A DNA stretch of 64,000 bases from Octopus sinensis (GCF_006345805.1 NC_043017.1:34055080-34119079); one strand, 5' to 3'. Counted from the first letter of the stretch, positions 1 to 12,004 are shown. Translations and numbers: made by a program. The notes: a model not told the origin generated them from the letters alone.

Positions 1-2523
1 CACAGTGAATTATGTGAAACAAGTAAAAGAGAATTATGTACTTAAGTTGATCAATTTCAAACTCAGTTTGATATTTACATTATATATTTATTCCTTCTTG
101 AATCCGTCTTCCTCTACGATATACAATAACATGTATACAGAAATACAGTACTTATTTTTTATTAGTCATTCTTCTTCCTACTAAATTGGTTTCATCGTTG
201 GCCATTAGCTGGAACATGAGGGATTACTTAAGAACTATGAATGGATAGAGTGGCTGTATACTGTCAACTTAACGTGACAGTCCCGTAAGGGAATTACACC
301 ACCGCTATTTAGCCCTAGAAAGCATCGACGCTTCCTGTCGGCCTTGACACATTTCCTGTGTCCTAATATATTTACGAAGGGGAGACAAGCACCCCCAACA
401 GCTAGGCCTGCATCTAGAGACACGCATGTTTCTAGGTCTTGCCCACCGTCAGTCTAGAGTAGCAAGGATAGATAGATAGCAATGGATAGATAGATAGCAA
501 AATAAAATAGAAATATTCATACATGTAAACTATTAGCTTTTAAACACACATAGAATTATTTCATTAATTATAAACGCATTTCAGTATATTTTTAATATAT
601 ATACAACCAAAGGGCTTTTTTTTATACATTTTCTAAAAGCAAAATATTTCTATGTTTACTATATATTCTTCAGTAAACCTTACTTTCTGCCATTTCAAAC
701 AAACTACCATTGCGAAGTTGAATAGAGCACTATTTCGGGATTAGTGATTAATCTCACATCCAATCGACTCGAAAATTCTGTTTCTCTTCCCAGTACTTGC
801 TGTTTTCTAACATACCTCCCATTTTCTAATTGTCTTCCCATTTTCCAATATTCTGCCATAGATATAAAATATGATGGCATGCAAGACTACTAAACGACCC
901 CACTACTATGAAATGCCTGTCATTCATTGAACTGAGGTTTTCTCCCAAATCCCGCCTTGGTGTCAAAAAATACAAGAATCACATATCTGATCCTATAATA
1001 GTCTACACCCTACGTAAGGTGGAAAGTTTTAGCGCCCTGAACGAGAACGTCATTGACCGCACGCTCTGGTGATAGAGCTATGGCGCTGAACAACAACCAT
1101 AAAATATAAACATTAGTTATCAGTGAAATTCTGCAGAGCAAGAGAAACTCTTTGGTGAGAGACAATTAACGTTTCTATATGAAATATGTTATAAGTCAGT
1201 TCTTGAGAGACGAGGCAACAGATAAAACACAACTCTTTAAAATACGTTATCTCCGAATCGTAATCAAATTTGCATCGCGTATACACTTTCTGTTATACAC
1301 GGAATGAAGAACGATAACGGGCTTCCTTTGTAATCTTGAAATAAATTTTAAAGTCTTTTAACACAGATTTCCAAACAATATTTAACAATGGAAAGTAAAA
1401 TCAAAGCAAAACATTTGGAAAACAAAATGGCGATAGAAAATGCTTATGTTATCGCATATTGAAAGAAAAAATTATCTCTGTTTATTTAAGCTAAAATTAA
1501 TCTTTTACATATGTATTCCATATCGAGTGCCTCTTTAACGTAATCTAAATTATAAACACTCTAAATGCCAGAATCTGAAAGAAAATGTTGAACTTAGCCT
1601 TGAAGAATTTATCATGATTGCATTCTTAAACCAAGGTCCTTTGGACTTAATTCCATTAGTAGAGAAATATGAAGCGATTTTCCGAAGTTTGACAAGAAAC
1701 AAAGCGTTCTTTATCTAAATCGTTATCCTATTTGGATGCAACGCTTTCATTTCTGTTTTCTCTATTTTATCAGTAAATACACAGTCTTCCTGTAAATCTG
1801 CTTACCAAATGAACGCTAACAAAGATTATTATCATAAAAGGGGGATATTAGATTATGTTAATTATATTTTTTTTCCTTTTTCTGGCTTCTTTCTCTATAG
1901 TGTAGATATGATATATTTATTTCCTTCGATGTAGTTTTCCTCTATAAATAATTTGAAGATAATCCTAAACAATGTAAGACATACATAAACCAACTTGAAT
2001 TCTGCTAAGAGTTAGACAGTTTGTCACATCAACTTATTTCCAACTGAATAATTCGATAAAATGCATTGTGTTTTTTTTTTTTGTTTTTTTGTTTTTTAGA
2101 TGAAACAGAGAAATAAGGAATCACTAGTAATAATTCTTATATTTTACGTCGGTTTCCGATGAAATTTTGAAATTTTGCAAAGAATATTTGTCCATGAGTA
2201 TTTAATAGTGCTTCCGTATTTATTTATCTCACACCCTCTTTATTTAGGTATATTTTAAGACCAATAGTCATTGAAGAAATGTTACAAATCTCTTCCCTAC
2301 GAAATTTATCAAATTGACCACCAGTTTACCTTTCCGATTAGGAATAAGATTCATATATGACGCTGTTCCTGTCAAAGACTTCTAAAATTCAAATAATGCT
2401 GGTCAAGATAAGCTGCTATTTCAAGCATTAATTATAAACTGAATATAAATTTCGTTGCCTCTTGGTAGGGTCTTTACGCCAATAACAATAACACACGTGC
2501 CGAGTCGATTTCACTTCTTTATT

Positions 2524-2754
2524 TATTCCTTTACTACCCACAAGGGGCTAAACATAGAGGGGACAAACAAGGACAGACAAAGGGATTAAGTCGATTACAT
2601 CGACCCCAGTCCGAAACTGGTACTTCATTTATCGACCCCGAAAGGATGAAAGGCAAAGTCGACCTCGGCGGAATTTGAACCCAGAACGTAACGACAGACG
2701 AAATACTGCTGAGCATTTCGCCCGGCGTGCTAACGTTTCTGCCAGCTCGCCGCC
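2524..2754 (-). mobile_element. tRNA-derived SINE, family B (about 230 bp), full length
   Basis: Reverse complement reads GGCGGCGAGCTGGCAGAAACGTTAGC...GTTCAAATTCCGCCGAGGTCGACTTTGCCTTTCATCCTTTCGGGGTCGAT...GTGGGTAGTAAAG; A/B-box-like head; more than 12 copies in the window. Confidence 0.9.
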
Positions 2755-2979
2755 CCTTATTTCACTTCTGTATTGTTAGTCAATTGGTTAAACATTTAAT
2801 CAACTAACTAAATGATTGGTTGTTTAATGTGTTGATTAAACAATCGATTGGTTGTTTGTTAATCAAGTTTCTTTCGTCTCTGTTCGCGAAATTTCCAGTG
2901 GGTCCTGGCGGCCTCACTTCTTACAAGGTCTGCTTTGCCTCTGCCTGAGAATTAGTCTTATGTCTGTGTTTATGCATGC

Positions 2980-2980
<1 letters not shown>

Positions 2981-3028
<48 letters not shown>
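2981..3028. repeat. (TG)n microsatellite
   Basis: Direct reading. Confidence 0.95.
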
Positions 3029-3029
<1 letters not shown>

Positions 3030-3392
3030 ATAGACGTGTTTGCTGAGAAGAGGTAAGAGTATGACTAAATGAAGGGTTTGAGTGTGTGTCTGTGTTTCTG
3101 TCTGTCTGTGTGTTTATGCGTCTTTGTGCGTGTGTGGTTGTGTCAGCACACCAATGTGACTGCGTTTGTTTGTATGTATGTTTAATTGTTCGTGGTTATA
3201 CGGGAACTTGCCATCCGTGACTAGTTAGAAGGTTCATTCTTTTGTCTACTTCGTCTTTGGTCAGTCTCTTGTCTGCTGAGGATTTATGGATTTAGGGTCG
3301 ATGAAACATAAGTACCAGTTGAATATTGGGGTCTATGTAATCAGCGTATGCCCCCACATTGAAATTGCCGGCCTTTTGCCAAAATTTGAAAA

Positions 3393-3393
3393 A

Positions 3394-3453
<60 letters not shown>
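3393..3453. repeat. (AGT)n microsatellite
   Basis: Direct reading; explains the poly-S and poly-L ORFs. Confidence 0.95.
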
Positions 3454-3454
<1 letters not shown>

Positions 3455-3664
3455 TGTCGCAGCATTGATATGATCTTTATCAATATTTTTAAATTGCTTT
3501 GTTTGTTTCATCTAATTCGATTTATTTGGAATATTTTCTCCTACAGATTTTAAATTCTTTGCTTTCTTTGGCAACAAATTAGCAATTTATATGCTTATAA
3601 ACATGTTCATATAATAATGTATTACATGTACACGTTCAAAACATTTTTTATTCATCTCAAATAC

Positions 3665-3706
<42 letters not shown>

Positions 3707-4105
3707 CTCTCTTTCTAAATCTCTCGTTCAATCTAATCGCTTCCCTCTGCCTTTTTCTCCTATACACAAACATTCTCATTAAAGCAAATTCACGCAGACA
3801 TATTTGCAGGTAGTTCTACTCCGTAATTGTATTTAAAACATCTTTTCGAATCAAAATTTTAAGTCACATGATGAATATTCTTAAACGAATTGGGAAAAAA
3901 AATTGAATTAGTGAATATGTTTATATATATTTAATTACATATAATTTTCTGAATTATTCAATTTTATTAATTATCTCCATTAATGATATACCACAGAAAA
4001 TATATTTGATGAATGTTGCTTTTTTGCTCGAGGATTTGTTCATTTTCATTGCTTCAGTGTTTTCGAAATCGCGTAAAACTCTTGTAGAAAATTGTAAACA
4101 TAATA

Positions 4106-4267
4106 GGCGCAGGAGTGGCTGTGTGGTAAGTAGCTTGCTTACCAACCACATGGTTCCAGGTTCAGTCCCACTGCGTGGCACCTTGGGCATGTGTCTTCTA
4201 CTGTAGCCTCGAGCCGACCAAAGCCTTGTGAGTGTATTTGGTAGACAGAAACTGAAAGAAGCCCGTC

Positions 4268-4337
<70 letters not shown>

Positions 4338-4557
4338 GCGTGTGTGTGTGTGTGTCTGTGTTTTGTCCCTCTAGCATTGCTTGACAACCGATGCTGGTGT
4401 GTTTATGTCCCCGTCACTTAGCGATTCGACAAAAGAGACCGATAGAATAAGTACTGGGCTTACAAAGAATAAGTCCCGGGGTCGAGTTGCTCGACTAAAG
4501 GCGGTGCTCCTTATGGCCGCAGTCAACTGACTGAAACAAGTAAAAGAGTAAAAGAGT
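4106..4557 (+). mobile_element. tRNA-derived SINE, family A (about 400-450 bp, internal (TA)n(TG)n tract)
   Basis: Head GGCGCAGGAGTGGCTGTGTGGTAAG...GGTTCAGTCCC, CORE-like CCTTGGGCA(A/T)GT, tail (TAAAAGAG)n; more than 10 copies. Confidence 0.9.
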
Positions 4558-4784
4558 ATAATACTGGCTTTGTAATAATGCATAGAAATACTAAATAATA
4601 ATCAAGTGGTGATATAACTACTGAGATTCTATGTGGTGAGTTGTCTTGTTAATAATTACAGTCTAAGCTCTCTCAAGCCTTATCTGCTTTCAATGCATGA
4701 AATGTATGCATCGTATAACGCTAATTGATTGCTGGCAAGGACACGGTATTTCGTTTAGCAACCACAATATACTATCAAGTCGGA

Positions 4785-5162
4785 GGCTCAATGGCCCAGT
4801 GGTTAGGGCAGCGGACTCGCGGTCGTAGGATCGCGGTTTCGATTCCCAGACCGGGCGTTGTGAGTGTTTATTGAGCGAAAACACCTAAAAGCTCCACGAG
4901 GCTCCAGCAGGGGATGGTGGTGATCCCTGCTGTACTCTTTCACCACAACTTTCTCTCACTCTTACTTCCTGTTTCTGTTGTACCTGTATTTCAAAGGGCC
5001 GGCCTTGTCACTCTCTGTGTTACGCTGAATCTCCCCGAGAACTACGTTAAGGGTACACGTGTCTGTGGAGTGCTCAGCCACTTACACGTTAATTTCACGA
5101 GCAGGCTGTTCCGTTGATCGGATCAACCGGAACCCTCGTCGGCGTAACCGGCGGAGTGCTTC
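4785..5162 (+). mobile_element. tRNA(Arg-like)-derived SINE, family C, single copy
   Basis: Head GGCTCAATGGCCCAGTGGTTAGGGCAGCGGACTCGCGG...GGTTTCGATTCCC (A and B boxes) followed by a GC-rich body. Confidence 0.75.
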
Positions 5163-5639
5163 CATACTTTCAAGTATATGACAGGTTTACGAGTCAATAC
5201 TTACTTTGTGTTAGAAGTGCGATTTTCTCTTCTATTTATTCTATATCCTTCCAAAATTTCTCACAGGCGTTACCCATAAGAATTCGCCTTTGCCTAACAG
5301 CCCTAAACGCCTGGCCTTGTCGATCATTTATTTGTACCTACACTCTTGTGTTGTTTGTTCGTTGGACGCCCTGAATCTCCACAAATTCTTTATTTTTATG
5401 AAGTCTTCCGGTTTTGTCGTTAAAAGCGCGAAACAGGCAGTAATAAACAGCCGACAACTGAGGAGAAGTTTGACTTTTTAAGGTATTTCGTCCAGTACTT
5501 GTCTCTCGTTGTGTGTTTACGTATTTTCGTTCGTTTGGTGATGTTCTGTACTTAATGTGTATATTTTCATTGTTATTTAATAATGTTCAACACCTTTGTC
5601 AACAGTAAGATTTTACACAACTCACACATACACACACCA

Positions 5640-5645
5640 CACATC

Positions 5646-5698
<53 letters not shown>

Positions 5699-5699
5699 A

Positions 5700-5737
<38 letters not shown>

Positions 5738-5760
5738 TAATATTTTTATATATATATATA

Positions 5761-5807
<47 letters not shown>

Positions 5808-5873
5808 ATATATAATATATATTATATATATATCTATATATATATATATAATTATATATATATCATATATATA
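5640..5873. repeat. (TA)n microsatellite
   Basis: Direct reading. Confidence 0.95.
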
Positions 5874-6269
5874 GGCGCAGGGCAGGAGTGGCTGTGTGGT
5901 AAGTAGCTTGCTTACCAATCACATGGTTCCGGGTTCAGTCTCACTGCGTGGCACCTTGGGCAAGTGTCTCTACTATAGCCTCGGGCCGACCAAAGCCTTG
6001 TGTGAGTGATTGGTAGATGGAAACTGAAAGAAGCCCGTCGTATAATATATGTATATATATGGCGTGTGTCTGGTTGTCCCCTAGCATTGCTTGACAACCG
6101 ATGCTGGTGTGATTATGTCCCCGCTACTTAGCGGTTCGGCAAAAGAGACCGATAGAATAAGTACTGGCTTACAAAGAATAAGTCCGGGGTCGAGTGCTAG
6201 ATTAAAGGGGTTGCTCCAGCATGGCCGCAGTCAAATGACTGAAACAAGTAAAAGAGTAAAAGAGTAAAG
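5874..6269 (+). mobile_element. SINE family A
   Basis: Same head, body and tail as 4106-4557. Confidence 0.9.
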
Positions 6270-6276
6270 AGATATA

Positions 6277-6470
6277 TACGCCATGAGAGATCGTTAGCCA
6301 CTACACACATTTCTTTCTCTCTTTGTTTTTTCTGTGTCCCTTTCTGTAGAAGAGCGTAGGCTCGAAACGTAAAAGATTTTTTTTCTATTCCTGAGCGTTA
6401 TACTAATACATCTGTTGTTTTGTACACCACCTATCTTCGTCTTATGTTTATTTTCGTAAACTTTCCCTTT
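6277..6470 (+). mobile_element. About 195-bp PLE-like short element carrying an HHR-like motif (copy 1; copy 2 at 50356-50556)
   Basis: Colinear with the reverse complement of 50356-50556; followed by (TA)n. Confidence 0.7.
6340..6375 (+). ncRNA. Minimal type I hammerhead-like motif, variant core CUGUAGA (A6U)
   Basis: CTTT-CTGTAGA-A-GAGC gtag GCTC-GAAA-CG-TA-AAAG; stems I and II pair. Confidence 0.55.
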
Positions 6471-6672
6471 AATATATATATATATATTATATATATATAT
6501 ATATATAATATATATATATATAACAAAGAGCAATAAAGATTCAAGTTAATTTTAAAATTTACTTGAATATGGTACCTAACTTAGATGCACAAAAAAAAAC
6601 AATACTGATTTAACAATACAGTAATGTGGGGGTGATTATAAGCGAGAAAAGAAGCAACAAGAATGGATAGGT

Positions 6673-6762
6673 TTTTAGTACGATCGTTTCATACAAGGAC
6701 AGGTTTTATTAAAAGTTGCAAAGATTACAGCATATAACGAGTCCCGTACTCATCAGCTAAAA
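6673..6762 (-). ncRNA. Type I hammerhead ribozyme, intact core, long stem II
   Basis: Reverse complement: TTTTAG-CTGATGA-GTACGGGAC...GTCCTTGTAT-GAAA-CGATCG-TA-CTAAAA. Confidence 0.8.
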
Positions 6763-8735
6763 TACATGTAAGTTCTCTAGACATCCTAGTGTTTGAGGCT
6801 ATACTCATGAAGTAATGTAGATAATTAAACAGATTTCTAAAGTTCATTAAAGTTCCTTAAAGATGATGTATAGTCTTATCACAGAATTTTAAAAAAGTTT
6901 TGATAGCATCACAGAGAAGGTGACCTAATCCATATGAATTTCCATAGATATGATGAGGGATTATATACTCACAGAAGACAAATTTATCCATTGTTATTAG
7001 CATTACAGAGAGGGTGAATTAATCCTTGTATATATGCACAGATTCCAAAGGTGTAGATGTAAATTTCCAGAGAAATGGAGATGAATTTCATATTCACAGG
7101 CGATAAATTTTACAATGGTTGAACACAATGAGGTAGGTACCAATCCTTGTTATATGATTAGGTGTTTGCCATATTAATCACATTACTGCTATTCACAAGA
7201 GGCTGTAGCTATTTAACTCTAAAGGTGAAGGGCTTACTAGATCGGCCAAGAATAGAGAGGGAATAGAAAGAAAAGAGAGAAAAAAGAGAAAATAATGGAG
7301 GAGGGAGCAAAAAAGGGGGGGAAAGGGGGACTAAAAGAGACGAGAAAAGAAAACAGAGAATAAGAAGAAGAAAAAGAAGAAAGAAAGAGAAAAGAGAAGA
7401 AATAGGGAAAGAAGGGAAAAAAAGAAAAAGAAAAAAGAGGGTTCAGTTATACAGAAGAGCTAGTAGACTGTAAGTCTGGTTTTCATCAACAGGCATCTAG
7501 AGCTGGAGGGGAAGTTATATTCTTGACCAGTAAACCGTTAATTTATTGCTGTTGAAATCAGCTATGAGTTTAAAGAGAATCTAAAGAGATAACACAGTCA
7601 GGGGTTAAGGGGTCAGATGCTAAAATCACCAGAAAATACATTAGGAAAATCTAAGTTAATCTTCTCAAAAAGTCATTAAAAAATTTACTTATTTAATTAT
7701 TCATTTATTGTCTTAAGGAGTTGTCGTTATTATTCATACATTGACCGACTACAGGTCAAATCTTATAAGATCATTTACAAGGTGTTAGGGGATTGTCTAT
7801 CCTAATGAAGGTAATCATATTATCACCGAGGGAATAGCCTTATTTATTTAATTATGAAATAGAATTATGGGGCTACAGTAACTAATTATAATTTATTAGA
7901 GTTATGCTATTTAAATTAGATTAAGTTAGGAATTAAAATTAAATATTACAATTAAGATTTAAAATTAAGAATTTAAAAAATTGCGAGTTTGAAATTAAAT
8001 AAAGCCTCAATTAAGTAGCGAATAAGTACTATTCATTTCCCTGTTCTCAAAAAACTGATGTAGATATAAGGAAAAAGATAAAGATAACTGTAATGTGAGA
8101 ACTCTTAGTTATCTACTTAAATCTTTTTTCTTCTTATTCTCTGTTTCCTTTTCTCGTCTCTTTTAGTCCCCCTTTCCCCCCCTTTTTTGCTCCCTCCTCC
8201 ATTATTTCTCTTTTGTCTCCTTTTCTTCTATTCCCTTCTCTATTCTTGGCCGATCTAGTAAGCCCTTCAACCTTTAAGAGTTTAAATAGCTACAGCCTCT
8301 TGTGAATAGCAGTAATGTGATTAATATGGCAAACACCTAATCATATAACAAGGATTGGTACCTACCTCATTGTGTTCAACCATTGTAAAATTTATCGCCT
8401 GTGAATATGAAATTCATCTCCATTTCTCTGGAAATTTACATCTACACCTTTGGAATCTGTGCATATATACAAAGGATTAATTCACCCTCTCTGTAATGCT
8501 AATAACAATGGATAAATTTGTCTTCTGTGAGTATAATCCCTCATCATATCTATGGAAATTCATATGGATTAGGTCACCTTCTCTGTGATGCTATCAAAAC
8601 TTTTTTAAAATTCTGTGTGATAAGACTATACATCATCTTTAAGGAACTTTAATGAACTTTAGAAATCTGTTTAATTATCTACATACTTCATGAGTATAGC
8701 CTCAAACACTAGGATGTCTAGAGAACTTACATGTA

Positions 8736-8826
8736 TTTTAGCTGATGAGTACGGGACTCGTTTATATGCTGTAATCTTTGCAACTTTTAATAAAACCTGT
8801 CCTTGTATGAAACGATCGTACTAAAA
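8736..8826 (+). ncRNA. Type I hammerhead ribozyme, intact core, long stem II
   Basis: TTTTAG-CTGATGA-GTACGGGAC...GTCCTTGTAT-GAAA-CGATCG-TA-CTAAAA; predicted GUA cleavage after 8820. Confidence 0.8.
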
Positions 8827-8859
8827 ACCTATCCATTTTGTTGCTTCTTTCTCGCGTAG

Positions 8860-8895
8860 ATATATTATATATAATATATACATACATAGATAGAT

Positions 8896-8932
<37 letters not shown>

Positions 8933-9031
8933 CATACATATATATGTATACATACATATATATATACATATATATATATACATATATATATATATTATAT
9001 ATATATATATATATATACATACATATATTAT

Positions 9032-9066
<35 letters not shown>

Positions 9067-9097
9067 CTACATATATATATATACATACATATATATA

Positions 9098-9128
<31 letters not shown>

Positions 9129-9552
9129 TATATATATATATATATATATATATGTGTATATATATATATGATATATATATATATTATATATAATAATACA
9201 TACATATATATATACATACATTACAGTATATATATATATAGATATATATACATATATATATATATACATACATATATATATATATATATATATGTATAAT
9301 ATATACAAACATACATATATACATACATAACGATATATATATATATTTATACTACATACATACATAATAATATATATAGTATACATACATAACGATATAT
9401 ATATATATTTATACATACATACATACATATATATATATATATACATAGTTACATATATATATATATATATATACATACATAACGATATATATATATTTAT
9501 ACATACATACATACATATATATACATACATACATACATATATATATATATAT
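8860..9552. repeat. Compound (TA)n/(TACA)n microsatellite with a minisatellite-like ACATACATAACGATATATATATATATTTATAC unit
   Basis: Direct reading. Confidence 0.95.
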
Positions 9553-9724
9553 CAAATGTGAGGATAAAATTCTTTTCGAAAAAAAATATTTTCTCGAAAA
9601 AAATTTTATCAATGGCCAGCATTTCTATTTTGGATGTATTTGGGGTACTTAGTTGTGCCCGCGACTCAGTATTTGCTTCTTCCGTTGGTATGAGTAAGTA
9701 TCTCATATATTTCTCTTACCACAT

Positions 9725-9785
9725 GTATCACTGACGAAGAGAGGGCTCTTAATAGCTAACTCTGAAATCGGTCCGATATGGTGAT
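9725..9785 (+). ncRNA. Type I hammerhead ribozyme candidate
   Basis: TATCA-CTGACGA-AGAG...CTCT-GAA-ATCGG t CCGAT-A-TGGTG; near-palindromic stem III; stem I includes G-U pairs. Confidence 0.65.
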
Positions 9786-10131
9786 GGATTTTTTTAGAAA
9801 TTTCTGTCGACCTTTTTTCGAGTAGCGTGCGTATTATGAAAACATTATATGGTTAATGGACAATATGTCCAATTTTTCGGCATATTTGGCATTGGAAATT
9901 TTTTCGTTTGCCCTCATTTATGAATTATATATATATGTAGATGAATGAATTATCCTAGTATGGATAATTCGGTTAATCGATACCTGGGTAGCAAATTCAC
10001 GTCAGTAAAACACGGTTGAAGTTACATGCCAAGGGCCGAACCCCGTGTTCGTGTGTGGAAATTTGTGTGTTTTTTATATGAATAAATGAAAAGAATGGAG
10101 TCGAACGAAGATTTTAACAAAATTCCTTTAC

Positions 10132-10212
10132 TTTCGACATATGTTTCGAAGACTGCATACTCTTAATTCCGAAGGAATGAAGGTTGCATTATACCGTCTT
10201 CTCATCAGGAAA
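10132..10212 (-). ncRNA. Type I hammerhead ribozyme, intact
   Basis: Reverse complement: TTTC-CTGATGA-GAAGAC...GTCTTC-GAAA-CATATG-TC-GAAA. Confidence 0.85.
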
Positions 10213-10325
10213 TACAAGGAACCTCTATCAGCCTCAAGACGAACAAAAGCTTCTTACTGTGGAAACCATGTAGGCAGACGGTAAGAAGCTTTTGTTCGTC
10301 TTGAGGCTGATTGAGGTTCCTTGTA

Positions 10326-10406
10326 TTTCCTGATGAGAAGACCGCATAATGCAACCTTCATTCCTTCGGAATTAAGAGTATGCAGTCTTCGAAACATATG
10401 TCTAAA
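10326..10406 (+). ncRNA. Type I hammerhead ribozyme, first stem I pair mismatched
   Basis: TTTC-CTGATGA-GAAGAC...GTCTTC-GAAA-CATATG-TC-TAAA. Confidence 0.8.
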
Positions 10407-10455
10407 GTAAAGGAATTTTGTTAAGATCTTCGTTCGACTCCATTCTTTTCATTTA

Positions 10456-10516
<61 letters not shown>

Positions 10517-10789
10517 GGGAGAAAAGACCATCTGACTTAGCAATTAAAGCAAAATAAACTTTTGCACAACTATAATGACATGCGCTTCAATGAGATAGCT
10601 TGACACATGCCATCACAGATTTTACTGACCCACACGTGTCCCCACCTGCGTAAAAAGATAGGCAGAAGACATGCAATACGTATGCATCTTTATGCAAAAC
10701 ACAATGTATCTACTTTGCACATATTTCAATATCTATGAATATCGTAATCTACCATTATTTCTTTCATTTGATTATATAATGAATACCAA

Positions 10790-10995
10790 AGTGGCGAGCT
10801 AGCAGAATTGCTTGCACGCCGAGCAAAATTCTTAACAGCATTTCGCCAATTTTGACGTTCTGAATTCAAATTCCACTTTGGTCGAATTTGCGCGTTTCAT
10901 GCTTTCAGGGGTCGATAAAATAAGTACCAGTCGAACACTGGGATCAATGTACCCGACTTAGCCACTTCTCCGAAGCTACTGACCTTGTGTCAAAA
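10790..10995 (+). mobile_element. SINE family B-related, diverged
   Basis: GGCGAGCTAGCAGAAT...TTCAAATTCC...GGGGTCGATAAAATAAGTACCAG. Confidence 0.75.
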
Positions 10996-11711
10996 GCTGA
11001 AACCATTTTTTATGAATGCATTTGTATATACGCATATGTGTGTTGTCTCTTTCTGCGAATATATGCGTGATTTTGTCTGTATTTCATATAAATTTAGTGT
11101 CCAGAGCATTCAAATTATTCCTATAATTCATGCAAAAAATATTGAATTTAAATAAGCAATTACATAATTGATTCATACAAGTATCTAAAACAATTATTTT
11201 GTTTCACTTTCATGTTTAATCGTGTTTTATTTTTTATTTCATTACAGATGATGTATACCGTCTGGAAATTCGATCGACGCAATTGTTTTGTTTTTCTGGG
11301 ATTATTCAGTACGGTATTATCTTTACATTTATAAATTATTCATTGAAGAACTACAAAACAATTATATAGTTACCACGAAGGTCTATTATAGATATGTACT
11401 ATGCAGTTATGCAGATGCTGGGGTCTTGGGGTATTTTAGGTGTTTGTCATTATTTGATGTGGCTTTCATTTTTTTTTTTCTACAATATCTCAGCTGTTGC
11501 TGGTTGTGTATATCTATGGCCCCTGGCACAAATTCTGACGCAGACAATTCATAGCTGAATACCATGCATAATATAGGGCAGGCCATAGTGGTCATTAAAA
11601 CAAACAGTAGAAATGGTGTTTGGGGTTCATAAACGGATTGCGTGTGCCTGTGTGTATCTGTGTATCTTTTTCTGTGTTTCGCCTTAAGCAACGCTTCACA
11701 ACTGCTGCTGG

Positions 11712-11866
11712 TTTGGTTACATACCGGTAACGAAGCGGTTCGGCAAAATAGACCGATAGAATAAGTACCCAGCTCTAAAAAAATCTGGGGTCGATTCGTT
11801 TGACTAAAGATTCTTTAAAACGGTACCCCAGCATGACTGCAGTATAATAACTGAAACAAGTAAAAT
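11712..11866 (+). mobile_element. SINE family A, 3' half
   Basis: GCGGTTCGGCAAAATAGACCGATAGAATAAGTAC...CTGAAACAAGTAAAA. Confidence 0.8.
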
Positions 11867-11876
11867 ATAATATATA

Positions 11877-12004
11877 ATACATACATACATACATAAATAC
11901 ATACATGCATACATATATACATACATAAATACATACATACATACATACATACATACATACATACATACATACATACATACATACATACATACATACACAC
12001 ATAC
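11877..12004. repeat. (TACA)n microsatellite
   Basis: Direct reading. Confidence 0.95.

Larger units (their letters stand above)
6642..8855. repeat. Large inverted repeat: arms about 6642-7376 and 8123-8855, spacer about 745 bp (PLE-like head-to-head insertion)
   Basis: Arms read as reverse complements base by base, with scattered substitutions and indels. Confidence 0.92.
10075..10465. repeat. Near-perfect palindrome: arms about 186 bp, 17-nt loop (10261-10277)
   Basis: About 6-7 mismatches between arms; right end runs into (TA)n. Confidence 0.95.

Noticed and set aside
235-470. GC-elevated island with small hairpins
   Set aside because: Probably a repeat fragment, but it is single copy here and has no diagnostic motif.
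1562-1720. Short frame KCQNLKENVELSLEEFIMIAFLNQGPLDLIPLVEKYE, vaguely gag-like
   Set aside because: Too short, no splice signals and no supporting neighbours.
4505-4557. SINE A tail AGTC-loop-GACT-GAAA-CAAG-TA-AAAG resembling the 3' half of a hammerhead
   Set aside because: No CUGANGA-like box upstream and stem III does not pair in any copy.
4785-4860. tRNA-like sequence
   Set aside because: It lacks a 3' acceptor stem and continues into a SINE body, so it is a SINE head rather than a tRNA gene.
11249-11691. Splice-acceptor-like site at 11249 and a minus-strand ORF with a hydrophobic segment
   Set aside because: Stops in the candidate frames, no clear donor site, and the ORF starts in repeat-derived sequence.
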